From contig OZ245011.1 of NCBI GenBank assembly GCA_965223665.1, positions 1,120,001 to 1,184,000 on the forward strand: a DNA stretch of 64,000 nucleotides. Direction: 5' to 3'. Position 1 is the first letter of the stretch. Each line of letters starts with the position of its first letter. Below are positions 9,983 to 20,975 of this stretch, piece by piece. The notes beneath the pieces are model-generated. The model was not told the DNA's origin. It did no database searches and saw only the letters and a program-made list of their open reading frames with translations. The DNA comes from Nitrospinaceae bacterium. GTDB taxonomy: Bacteria; Nitrospinota; Nitrospinia; Nitrospinales; Nitrospinaceae. Both the position numbers and the translations under genes were made by a program.

Positions 9983-10858
9983 TCACAATAAGGTAAGTAA
10001 TGTAACCTCCGGAGGACAATTGAAACGGATCGGAACAATTAAATGCCCTACCCCTCGGGTTATATACGTTTTCCGATTTTTATCTTCCACCAGACCTCGC
10101 AAGTACTTTTGATTGCGTATTCCAGGGTGAAAGGGAGGGCCAATAAAGGGAAATGATATTTGCCCGCCATGGGTATGCCCTGAAAGGACTAAATCGATGT
10201 TGTGTTCGGGAGCAATTCTGTAATTAACTTCCGGGTTATGGCTTAAAAGAATTTTTATTGATTTGGGATCGATTCTTTTCATAGCCTTTTTTAAAGAGAA
10301 ACTTCTCTGCCACAAGTCATCAACTCCCAAGAGCGTTATAAAATCGTCACCTATATTTAATTGACTATGTTGATTGCGAAGCCAATGAACATTTAACTTT
10401 TCTTCAAAGGTTTTTAAAAGAGCATTTGTAACCTCCGGGCCACTCCAAAAGTCGTGATTGCCAAGAACTGCATATGTTCCATATTTGGGTTTCAATATGG
10501 CCAAGGCATTTACCAAATTATCTAAATATTTGGTTTCAAAATCGTGTATTTGGTTTCTAGAAGTCCTTAAGGTGTGACCGATAAAATCACCCGTTAATAC
10601 GAGTAAATCAGGGTTCTCATTTTGAGCTAAACGGGCAGCATGAGTTAAATGCTCTAAACTTACTATAGGTGAGGAATGCAAATCACTGAGAAGGGCTATT
10701 TTAAAACCTTTGAATGCAGGGGGTAAATTATTTAGAGTTATAGGAACCGATTCTAAGCGAATTTGACTTTCAAAGGTATTGCTCCAACCCTTAGTTACTC
10801 CTAATCCCGAAATTAAGGACAAACCTAAAATTGATTTTAAAAATCGTCGCCGGTTCAT
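9983..10858 (-). CDS. Calcineurin-like metallophosphoesterase (YkuE/YaeI type) with Tat signal
   Basis: MNRRRFLK twin-arginine motif; SDLH, TGDF, GNHD, LSHNP, SGHTHGGQ motifs. Confidence 0.9.
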   Translation of the reverse strand: MNRRRFLKSILGLSLISGLGVTKGWSNTFESQIRLESVPITLNNLPPAFKGFKIALLSDLHSSPIVSLEHLTHAARLAQNENPDLLVLTGDFIGHTLRTSRNQIHDFETKYLDNLVNALAILKPKYGTYAVLGNHDFWSGPEVTNALLKTFEEKLNVHWLRNQHSQLNIGDDFITLLGVDDLWQRSFSLKKAMKRIDPKSIKILLSHNPEVNYRIAPEHNIDLVLSGHTHGGQISFPFIGPPFHPGIRNQKYLRGLVEDKNRKTYITRGVGHLIVPIRFNCPPEVTLLTLL

Positions 10859-11008
10859 CTTTCTATTCTATCTTTATATAATCTATTTGCCACCCCTCTA
10901 ATTAGGCTAATTAGAAAGAATTTTAAAGGTTCTCTCTTTTTATCAACTGGAAATATTTTAATACAAAGACAATTTCTTAATTTAATGAAAATACTTAAAA
11001 TATCGAGC

Positions 11009-11035
11009 TAAAGTTTTGGTTAAGTGTGTCGAAGA
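11009..11035 (+). promoter_or_regulatory. Candidate sigma28 (FliA) promoter
   Basis: TAAAGTTT-N11-GTCGAAGA versus consensus TAAAGTTT-N11-GCCGATAA. Confidence 0.6.
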
Positions 11036-11086
11036 TTAATTTAAGGCAAATCAATCCATTTTCCAAAATTTCAAAGGAATACTTTC

Positions 11087-11236
11087 ATGCTAAAAGAAAA
11101 ATCAGCTTATACTTTCAACCAAAAATCATTAGGCATTGAAGATAATTATGGCGTCTCCAATTTTATTGTGAAAACAATTAGCGCAGCTTTGTTAGGGGCA
11201 TCAATTCCTGCCGTAATTTTCTATTTTTTATATTGA
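11087..11236 (+). CDS. Small 49-aa protein with C-terminal transmembrane helix (below ORF-track cutoff)
   Basis: MLKEKSAYTFNQKSLGIEDNYGVSNFIVKTISAALLGASIPAVIFYFLY*; AAAGGA SD 8 nt upstream; sigma28-like promoter upstream. Confidence 0.6.
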   Translation: MLKEKSAYTFNQKSLGIEDNYGVSNFIVKTISAALLGASIPAVIFYFLY

Positions 11237-11252
11237 AACAAAAGTTCGTTAT

Positions 11253-13949
11253 TTAGTGAGCCTCATTCCAATTACTTCCCCAGTCCATTGAAACTTTAAG
11301 AGGCACCTTCAGGTTTACCACTTTCTCCATTTCTTTTTCTACAAGTTTTCCCAGATCAGATTTTTCGGATTCAAGAACATCAAAAACAAGTTCATCATGT
11401 ACCTGTAATATCATTTTAGATTTCAATTTCTTTTTTTGAAGTTGCTCAAAAAGTCGAATCATGGCCAGTTTAATAATATCAGCTGCACTACCTTGAACCG
11501 GTGAATTAATCGCAATTCTTTCCGCTGCTTCACGAACCATCCGATTCTTACTATTGATATCCGGCAAGTATCTTTTTCGGCCCATCATTGTAGAGGTATA
11601 ACCATTGTCCCTTGCTGAATCTATAGTGCTTTCCATAAACTTCTTAACGTTTTTATAAAGCTGAAAATATTGATCAATAAAAATTTTTGCTTCCTTGGGA
11701 GATATCTTTAACTGTCTAGACAACCCAAAAGCACTCAATCCATAGACAATACCAAAGTTAACAGCTTTAGCCATTCTGCGATTTTCTTCATCTACTGAAT
11801 TCAGTCCAGTTCCAAAAATCTCTGCCGCTGTCCTGGAGTGGATATCCTCATCTTTTTTGAAAGCTTTTATAAGTGCTGGGTCTTCAGAAAGATGAGCCAA
11901 CAATCTCAATTCAATCTGTGAATAATCCGCCGACAACAACAAGCAATTGGGAGAAGCAATGAAAGCTTTACGAATCTCTTTCCCAAAATCTGTTCGAATA
12001 GGTATATTCTGCAGGTTGGGATCGCTACTGCTTAATCGTCCTGTAGCAGCAACCGTCTGATTATAAGATGTATGCACACGTCCAGTTGTGGGGTTAATTT
12101 CATTTGGGAGCGAATCTACATAAGTTGATTTCAACTTCGCCATTTGCCGAAAACTCAATACCTTCTCGGGAAGTTCATGTTGAGCCGATAATTCCTCTAA
12201 AACACTAACATCTGTTGAATATCCTGTCTTTGTTTTCTTAAGCACAGGCAACTTCAAATCCTCAAACAAAACAACCCCTAACTGTTTTGGAGAGTTTATA
12301 TTAAAGGGTGCACCCGCAAGAAGATAAATTTCATCTTCCAGTTTTTTAAGTTTTTTATCAATTTTTTGGGATAGCTTTGCCAAATGCTTTTTATCCAACA
12401 AAACTCCTGTCTTTTCCATTTCCGCTAAAACCTGGATTAACGGTAGCTCCAGAGTATGATAAAGTTTAGAAGCTTCATCTTCCAACATCCCTTGAAATTT
12501 TTTAGATAAAAGCCAGGTGACCTCGGAATCCTCTGCAGCATAATCCGTAGCTCTTTCAACCTCCACCTCATCAAATCCAATTTCCTTAGCCCCTTTTCCA
12601 GCCACTTCGCTGTATGAAATAGTTTTGCGACCTAAATACTGCAAAGCCAAGTCATCCATATTATGGTTTCGTTTTCCAGGGTCCAGAACGTATGATGCAA
12701 TCATAGAATCAAACTCTATTCCCTTTAAACGAATTCCCTCATTTTCCAAAACAATCAAATCATATTTAATATTGTGGCCGTACTTTTTTAATTTGGGATT
12801 CTCTAAAATCGGCTGGAGTTTTTTAAGCGTTTCTTTTTTACTAAGTTGTTTTGGTGCTCCCATATATCGATGATCTACAGGCACATAACACGCTTCATGA
12901 TCTTTATTTGAAAATGATATTCCAACCATTTGAGCCTTCATTGGATGTTTGCTGGTTGTCTCTAAATCCAATGCAAATTCTCCGGTTTTTTTTAGTTTAT
13001 TAATCCAAAAATCTAATGTCTTATTATCTAATACACATTCAAAAGATGGCCTGTCATTTTGCTGTGTAACCGATGAAGCATCCTCTGGTCCCAAATCATT
13101 CAACAATGAATTAAACTCTAAATCCGAAAAAATTTTGCGCAGCTTGTCAGGATTGGGTTCTTTCCTCCTTAAGTTTTCGATTTTCACATTGAGGTCCATA
13201 TCGGTTTTAATCGTAACCAATTCTCGACTCAAAAATGCGTTTTCCCGATCTTGATTTAATTTTTCTTTCAATTTTTTCTTTTCAATTTCATCTACATGAT
13301 CATAAAGGTTTTGAATGGAACCATATTTTTGAATTAAATCTGTGGCTGTTTTGGGCCCAACACCTTTAACCCCAGGAATATGATCGCTGGAATCTCCCAT
13401 CAACCCCATAACCTCAATCACTTTTTCCGGTGGAACTCCAAATTTTTCAACAACCTCTTCCTGTCGAATCTGCTTATTCTTCATGGTATCCAACATGCTG
13501 ATTTGATCGTCAATCAATTGCATCATGTCTTTATCACCACTGACGATGACCACATCCAATCCTTTATTTTTTCCAATAAGAGACAGGGTCCCAATAATGT
13601 CATCTGCCTCAAATCCATCCTGTTTCAGGCTAACTATGTCGAAGGCATCTACTAACGGTTCAAAATAAGGAAACTGTTGAGCAAGATCTTCCGGAGGGAC
13701 TTCGCGATTTGCTTTATACTTGGGGTACTTCTTGTGACGAAAAGTTTTTGCTTTGCTGTCAAATACCATCGCCAAATAGTCCGGCTTTTCATCTCGAACT
13801 ACTTTTATGAGCATATTTGTAAAACCATATAGGGCATTGGTGGGCAACCCTTTAGAATTTGACAAAAATTGGCGAATCCCAAAAAAGGCACGGAAGATAT
13901 AAGAAGAACCGTCTATTAAGTAAAGTTTTGGTTTTTTGGTCATACTCAC
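11253..13949 (-). CDS. polA: DNA polymerase I
   Basis: LIDGSSYIFRAFF and EADD (5'-3' exonuclease); DLETT, GHNIKYD, YAAED (3'-5' exonuclease); ADYSQIELR, RRMAKAVNFGIVYG, LQVHDEL (polymerase motifs). Confidence 0.99.
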   Translation of the reverse strand: MSMTKKPKLYLIDGSSYIFRAFFGIRQFLSNSKGLPTNALYGFTNMLIKVVRDEKPDYLAMVFDSKAKTFRHKKYPKYKANREVPPEDLAQQFPYFEPLVDAFDIVSLKQDGFEADDIIGTLSLIGKNKGLDVVIVSGDKDMMQLIDDQISMLDTMKNKQIRQEEVVEKFGVPPEKVIEVMGLMGDSSDHIPGVKGVGPKTATDLIQKYGSIQNLYDHVDEIEKKKLKEKLNQDRENAFLSRELVTIKTDMDLNVKIENLRRKEPNPDKLRKIFSDLEFNSLLNDLGPEDASSVTQQNDRPSFECVLDNKTLDFWINKLKKTGEFALDLETTSKHPMKAQMVGISFSNKDHEACYVPVDHRYMGAPKQLSKKETLKKLQPILENPKLKKYGHNIKYDLIVLENEGIRLKGIEFDSMIASYVLDPGKRNHNMDDLALQYLGRKTISYSEVAGKGAKEIGFDEVEVERATDYAAEDSEVTWLLSKKFQGMLEDEASKLYHTLELPLIQVLAEMEKTGVLLDKKHLAKLSQKIDKKLKKLEDEIYLLAGAPFNINSPKQLGVVLFEDLKLPVLKKTKTGYSTDVSVLEELSAQHELPEKVLSFRQMAKLKSTYVDSLPNEINPTTGRVHTSYNQTVAATGRLSSSDPNLQNIPIRTDFGKEIRKAFIASPNCLLLSADYSQIELRLLAHLSEDPALIKAFKKDEDIHSRTAAEIFGTGLNSVDEENRRMAKAVNFGIVYGLSAFGLSRQLKISPKEAKIFIDQYFQLYKNVKKFMESTIDSARDNGYTSTMMGRKRYLPDINSKNRMVREAAERIAINSPVQGSAADIIKLAMIRLFEQLQKKKLKSKMILQVHDELVFDVLESEKSDLGKLVEKEMEKVVNLKVPLKVSMDWGSNWNEAH

Positions 13950-14024
13950 AAATGATTTTACTTTATTGAGGGTCTACTTTACTATAAAATCGATAATTAA
14001 GATGATTTAAATAATTTATATTGT

Positions 14025-15032
14025 ATGCCTCAATTAAAACCTTCCTCAAAAAAACTTATTGATCAAAATAAAAGAATACTACAGGCCGCAAAACGTTCTC
14101 TCAAAATTGAAGCGGAAGCAATAACTTACCTGATCAAGAGATTAGACCAATCATTTGTTGATGTAGTTCATACCTTGGATAATTGCCAGGGACATTTGGT
14201 GATTACTGGGATTGGTAAATCAGGTTTAATTGGTCAAAAAATAGCAGCAACCTTTTCCAGCATTGGTTTGCCAGCCGTTTTCTTACATGCAGGAGAGGCC
14301 AGCCATGGGGATTTGGGGATAATCTCGAAAAATGACATTATTCTGGCAATCTCCAATAGTGGAGAAACTGAGGAAATATTAAAGCTTTTACCTGCAATAA
14401 ATCGTTTTAAGTGTACTTTTGTGGCCATGACAGGAAATTCAAAGTCAACTCTAGCAAGACGAGCTCATTTTGTTTTGGACATTGCCACTAAAGAAGAAGC
14501 TTGTTATATGAATCTGGTTCCAACGGCAAGCACAACAGCCACTCTAGCTATGGGAGATGCGCTGGTTTTGGCATTAATGGAAAAGAGAGGGGTTAGACCA
14601 GAAGATTTTGCTATGAATCATCCGGGAGGAAGTCTTGGACGTAAGCTATTTACCCTTGTGGAAGATCTGATGCATACGGGAGATCAAATTCCAATAATTT
14701 CAGAAAACGCTGACATTAATTCTCTTCTGGCAGAAATGACCACAAAACGATTGGGAACGGCCATTGTGGTTAATAAAAATCAGCACATAAAAGGAATTAT
14801 TACTGATGGAGACTTGCGCCGATTATTAGAAACTAAAAAAGAATTTTCCCAGTTAAAAGCCAAGCAAATCATGTCTAAAAATCCAAGAACTATTTCTTCT
14901 GACCAACTAGCTACTAAAGCTCTTCAAATCATGGAAGAATTTTCTATCACCAGCCTCATAGTTTCCAACGACAGTAAAAAAGCCCATGGGATCCTTCATC
15001 TCCATGACATTCTAAAGTCCGGAATTGCATAA
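14025..15032 (+). CDS. kdsD: Arabinose-5-phosphate isomerase (KdsD/KpsF/GutQ family; SIS + CBS pair)
   Basis: GIGKSGLIG, EASHGDLG, SNSGETEE, PTASTTA, HPGGSLG, GIITDGDLRR. Confidence 0.95.
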   Translation: MPQLKPSSKKLIDQNKRILQAAKRSLKIEAEAITYLIKRLDQSFVDVVHTLDNCQGHLVITGIGKSGLIGQKIAATFSSIGLPAVFLHAGEASHGDLGIISKNDIILAISNSGETEEILKLLPAINRFKCTFVAMTGNSKSTLARRAHFVLDIATKEEACYMNLVPTASTTATLAMGDALVLALMEKRGVRPEDFAMNHPGGSLGRKLFTLVEDLMHTGDQIPIISENADINSLLAEMTTKRLGTAIVVNKNQHIKGIITDGDLRRLLETKKEFSQLKAKQIMSKNPRTISSDQLATKALQIMEEFSITSLIVSNDSKKAHGILHLHDILKSGIA

Positions 15033-15134
15033 GATAATCCGCTGGATCATTTGACTAATTGACAAACAGGAGTTTCTGGATTTAAATAACCTGTTTTCAG
15101 TGAATCTAAATTAATTTTTCTATATCTAATCGAT

Positions 15135-17777
15135 ATGACCGGAAATGAGATCAGACAGTCCTTTTTAGATTATTTTGAGCAGAGAGCCCATTCCGTAATT
15201 TCAAGCGCTCCCTTAGTTCCTCAAAATGACCCTACCCTCTTATTCACTAATGCAGGAATGGTCCAATTTAAAAACGTATTTCTTGGACAGGAAAAAAGAG
15301 ACTATAACCGAGCTGCGACAGCACAAAAATGTGTTAGAGCAGGTGGCAAACATAATGATTTGGAACAAGTAGGGCGTACTGCTCGTCATCACACTTTTTT
15401 TGAAATGTTAGGAAACTTTTCATTCGGAGACTACTTTAAGAAAGAAGCAATTCACTATGCCTGGGAGTATCTAAATGAAGTTGTAAAACTTCCCACTAAT
15501 AAACTTTACGCTTCCATTTACAAAGATGATGATGAAGCATTTGAAATCTGGAAAAACGATATCCACTTATCAACTGACCGGATCATTCGATTAGGTGAAA
15601 AGGATAATTTCTGGGCCATGGGCAATACAGGTCCCTGCGGTCCCTGCTCAGAAATTTATATTGATCAGGGTGAAGCTCTAGGGTGCGGTAAAAGCACATG
15701 TGCTGTGGGTTGTGATTGTGACCGTTATTTGGAAATTTGGAATTTAGTTTTTATGCAATTTGACAGGGATGATTCAGGAAACATGAGCCCTCTTCCCAAA
15801 CCTTGTATTGACACTGGTATGGGGCTGGAAAGGTTGACTGCGGTCCTGCAGGAAAAACCAAGTAACTATGACTCCGATATTATGATGGGGCTTATAGAAC
15901 ATGTTAGTGAAATTACCGGCAAAGCACATAGTATAAATTCCGATACCGATGTTTCTCTACGAGTAATTGCGGATCACGCCAGAGCGGTGACATTTTTAAT
16001 TGGAGACGGAGTCTTACCATCAAACGAAGGACGAGGTTATGTTTTACGTCGTATTTTACGTCGAGCCTTGCGACATGGAAAATTATTAGAACAAAAAAAT
16101 CCCTTTCTTCATCATATTACCGAGGATGTCATTAATAAGTTTAAATTAGTTTATCCTGAGCTAAAAAGCAGTCACGATTTCATCCAAAAAGTAGTTGTCA
16201 ATGAGGAAGAGAGTTTTAATACGACTTTAACAGTCGGTACCCAAAGATTAGATGAGATCACCAACCGACTGCAAAAGGAAAATAAAACCATTATTCCAGG
16301 TAATGAAGTTTTTAAATTATATGATACCTATGGCTTTCCAGTAGACTTGGTTGAAGAAACTGCAAAGGATCTCCATTTATCGATTGATATGGAAGGCTTC
16401 AATGAAGCCATGCAGGAGCAGAAAGAAAAAGCCATGGCATCCTGGAAAGGGTCTGGGGAATCTAAAATTGCTCCTGTATTTAGTGAAATTGAGCAAAAGC
16501 ATGGCAATACTCAATTCACAGGATACAAAAGCACCCACGACCAGGGAATTGTCGTAGCTATTTTAAAAGACCAGGACTTAATTAATTCAGCGGGACCGGG
16601 AGAAGAAATTGATCTCATCACTGACCAAACACCCTTTTATGGAGAATCGGGAGGCCAATTGGGCGATAGTGGTTTGGCCTTTAATGAACATACCCAAATT
16701 GAAATTTCAGATACCAAAAAACCCTTACCCAATTTAATTTTACATAAAGCAAAAATTGTTCAAGGCAATCTTAAGGTTTCAGATTCGTTAACTTTAGAAG
16801 TTAACGGGCAAAAACGAAATTCCACTGCCCTAAATCATTCTGCGACACATCTTTTACATGCTGCCCTTAAAGAAGTTCTTGGTCCACATGTAAAACAAGC
16901 GGGATCTTTGGTGGCCTCTGATCGTTTGCGGTTTGATTATACTCATTTCACTCCCTTGACGGATTGGGAAAAAGAACGCATTGAAACTTTGGTTAATGAG
17001 AAAATTCGTGAAAACATTCAGGTTGCTTCTCAAGAAATGGACATTGAGGAAGCATTAAAAAACGGAGCCGTTGCATTGTTTGGAGAAAAGTATGGAGATA
17101 AGGTTCGAGTGGTTTCTGTACCCGGGTTTAGTAAAGAACTTTGTGGAGGAACCCATGTTTCCGCAACCGGCACCATTGGTTTTTTTAAAATTACTCATGA
17201 GGGGGGAATAGCATCAGGAGTTCGTCGAATTGAGGCTTTAACGGGTCCAGCCGCTTATGATCGTATTCAACAAGAGTTTAAAAGTATGGCTGGTATCCGC
17301 GCTCTTCTCAAAGCTCAACCGGATGAAGAATTAGATCGACTCCAGCGGATTTTAGATAAAAATAAAAATCTTGAAAAAGAAATAACCTCCCTTAAAGAGA
17401 AACTTATTAGTGGAAAAGGTGCTTCTTCCGGAATTCAGGATGAAGTCCAAAAAATAGGAGATGTTTCTGTCCTTATTAAAAATCTTGAGGGAATGGATGC
17501 AAAGTCTTTAAGATCGTATATTGATAATGCAAAAAATCAGATTAAATCTGGGGTTATTGTAGTTGGGGCGGCTAGTAATGGGAAAGTAATGTTAGCCGCT
17601 GGTGTGACAAAAGACCTCACGGACCGATTCCATGCGGGAAATATTCTGAAGGAAATCTCTAAAATCGTAGGTGGAAGTGGGGGCGGTCGTCCTGATATGG
17701 CTCAAGCGGGGGGAACCCAACCTGAAAAGTTAGATGAAGCTCTTCAATCCGCTATTAAATTACTGCAAACCCCTTAA
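15135..17777 (+). CDS. alaS: Alanine--tRNA ligase
   Basis: DPTLLFTNAGMVQFK, HHTFFEMLGNFSFGDYFK, HSATHLLH, ELCGGTH, GGGGRPDMAQAGG. Confidence 0.99.
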   Translation: MTGNEIRQSFLDYFEQRAHSVISSAPLVPQNDPTLLFTNAGMVQFKNVFLGQEKRDYNRAATAQKCVRAGGKHNDLEQVGRTARHHTFFEMLGNFSFGDYFKKEAIHYAWEYLNEVVKLPTNKLYASIYKDDDEAFEIWKNDIHLSTDRIIRLGEKDNFWAMGNTGPCGPCSEIYIDQGEALGCGKSTCAVGCDCDRYLEIWNLVFMQFDRDDSGNMSPLPKPCIDTGMGLERLTAVLQEKPSNYDSDIMMGLIEHVSEITGKAHSINSDTDVSLRVIADHARAVTFLIGDGVLPSNEGRGYVLRRILRRALRHGKLLEQKNPFLHHITEDVINKFKLVYPELKSSHDFIQKVVVNEEESFNTTLTVGTQRLDEITNRLQKENKTIIPGNEVFKLYDTYGFPVDLVEETAKDLHLSIDMEGFNEAMQEQKEKAMASWKGSGESKIAPVFSEIEQKHGNTQFTGYKSTHDQGIVVAILKDQDLINSAGPGEEIDLITDQTPFYGESGGQLGDSGLAFNEHTQIEISDTKKPLPNLILHKAKIVQGNLKVSDSLTLEVNGQKRNSTALNHSATHLLHAALKEVLGPHVKQAGSLVASDRLRFDYTHFTPLTDWEKERIETLVNEKIRENIQVASQEMDIEEALKNGAVALFGEKYGDKVRVVSVPGFSKELCGGTHVSATGTIGFFKITHEGGIASGVRRIEALTGPAAYDRIQQEFKSMAGIRALLKAQPDEELDRLQRILDKNKNLEKEITSLKEKLISGKGASSGIQDEVQKIGDVSVLIKNLEGMDAKSLRSYIDNAKNQIKSGVIVVGAASNGKVMLAAGVTKDLTDRFHAGNILKEISKIVGGSGGGRPDMAQAGGTQPEKLDEALQSAIKLLQTP

Positions 17778-17892
17778 AGTTTGTCTTTTTATTCAAATTT
17801 TGCATTGCCTTCCCTCTCTCACTCATATAAGCTTGTGATTCTCAAAAAAAAATAAATAGCTGCTTTTGCAGCACTTGGCAAAGGTATCTTAA

Positions 17893-18219
17893 ATGAATAG
17901 AAAGCAAAAAGAAGCAATGGATGAAAAGTGGAAGCAAGTTGCCACTCAAGCCGTCACTAGCGAGGAGTTTAAAAACCGTCTGGTTGGAGATCCAGTTACT
18001 ATTATGAGTGAGTTTGGGCTTCAAATTCCAAACAATGTAGAAGTGAAGACCGGGACCGATAAGGTATTGAAATTTTTTCTTCCTGAGGATGCCTCCGATG
18101 AATTGAAAGCAGAAATCCAATGGTGGCGCTGGCGATTAGATATTATTCGCGAATTTGGCCGTGAAGAGAAAGATCAAGGTGTCCAACAGGCTGCCCCTGA
18201 AGCAGAAGAAGGAATTTGA
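17893..18219 (+). CDS. Nitrile-hydratase-leader-peptide (NHLP)-like small protein
   Basis: QAVTSEEFKNRLVGDPVTIMSEFGLQIPNNVEVK...VLKFFLP...SDEL resembles NHLP leader/NHase-alpha N-terminus; AAGG SD upstream. Confidence 0.6.
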   Translation: MNRKQKEAMDEKWKQVATQAVTSEEFKNRLVGDPVTIMSEFGLQIPNNVEVKTGTDKVLKFFLPEDASDELKAEIQWWRWRLDIIREFGREEKDQGVQQAAPEAEEGI

Positions 18220-18308
18220 TGTTTTCAACAAAGTCCATTAATAAGGAAAAACAAACTATTCAATTTTTAGATCATTTACATAGTAATTTTGGATAAGAAG
18301 TATATTTT

Positions 18309-18385
<77 letters not shown>

Positions 18386-18395
18386 TGTAATTAGA

Positions 18396-18430
18396 GCTTA
18401 CAACATTTCAGTTGTAAGCCCTTTTGCTTT
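18396..18430 (+). terminator. Intrinsic terminator after tRNA-Arg
   Basis: GCTTACAAC-atttca-GTTGTAAGC followed by ccttttgcttt. Confidence 0.7.
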
Positions 18431-18517
18431 AACTAATGTAAAAACAAAAAAATAGGTTGGAAGCCAATATTTAAAAAAGTCTCAAAAAATAGTTGACAGT
18501 TTTGGGTTTTTTTTTAA

Positions 18518-20809
<2,292 letters not shown>

Positions 20810-20822
20810 TTTGGTTTTTCTC

Positions 20823-20859
20823 TCCCACTCCCTAATCATTAGGGGGTGGGATTTTTTTT
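20823..20859 (+). terminator. Intrinsic terminator of icd
   Basis: TCCCACTCCCTAA-tca-TTAGGGGGTGGGA followed by T8. Confidence 0.85.
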
Positions 20860-20915
20860 GCTCTCCCTTTGCCCATCTATTGGCTTCACTTTTTTAAATA
20901 TCAGTAAAAAGCTCC

Positions 20916-20972
20916 TTGACACATTTTCTGTAAAGATGGATACTGCGGTCATTAATTTTCGTTTTTTATTCG
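20916..20972 (+). promoter_or_regulatory. sigma70-type promoter of dnaE2 with TTCG-N7-TTCG direct repeat (candidate operator) just before the start codon
   Basis: TTGACA (20916)-17 nt-GATACT (20939); TTCG at 20958 and 20969; ATG at 20976. Confidence 0.45.
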
Positions 20973-20975
20973 CCT

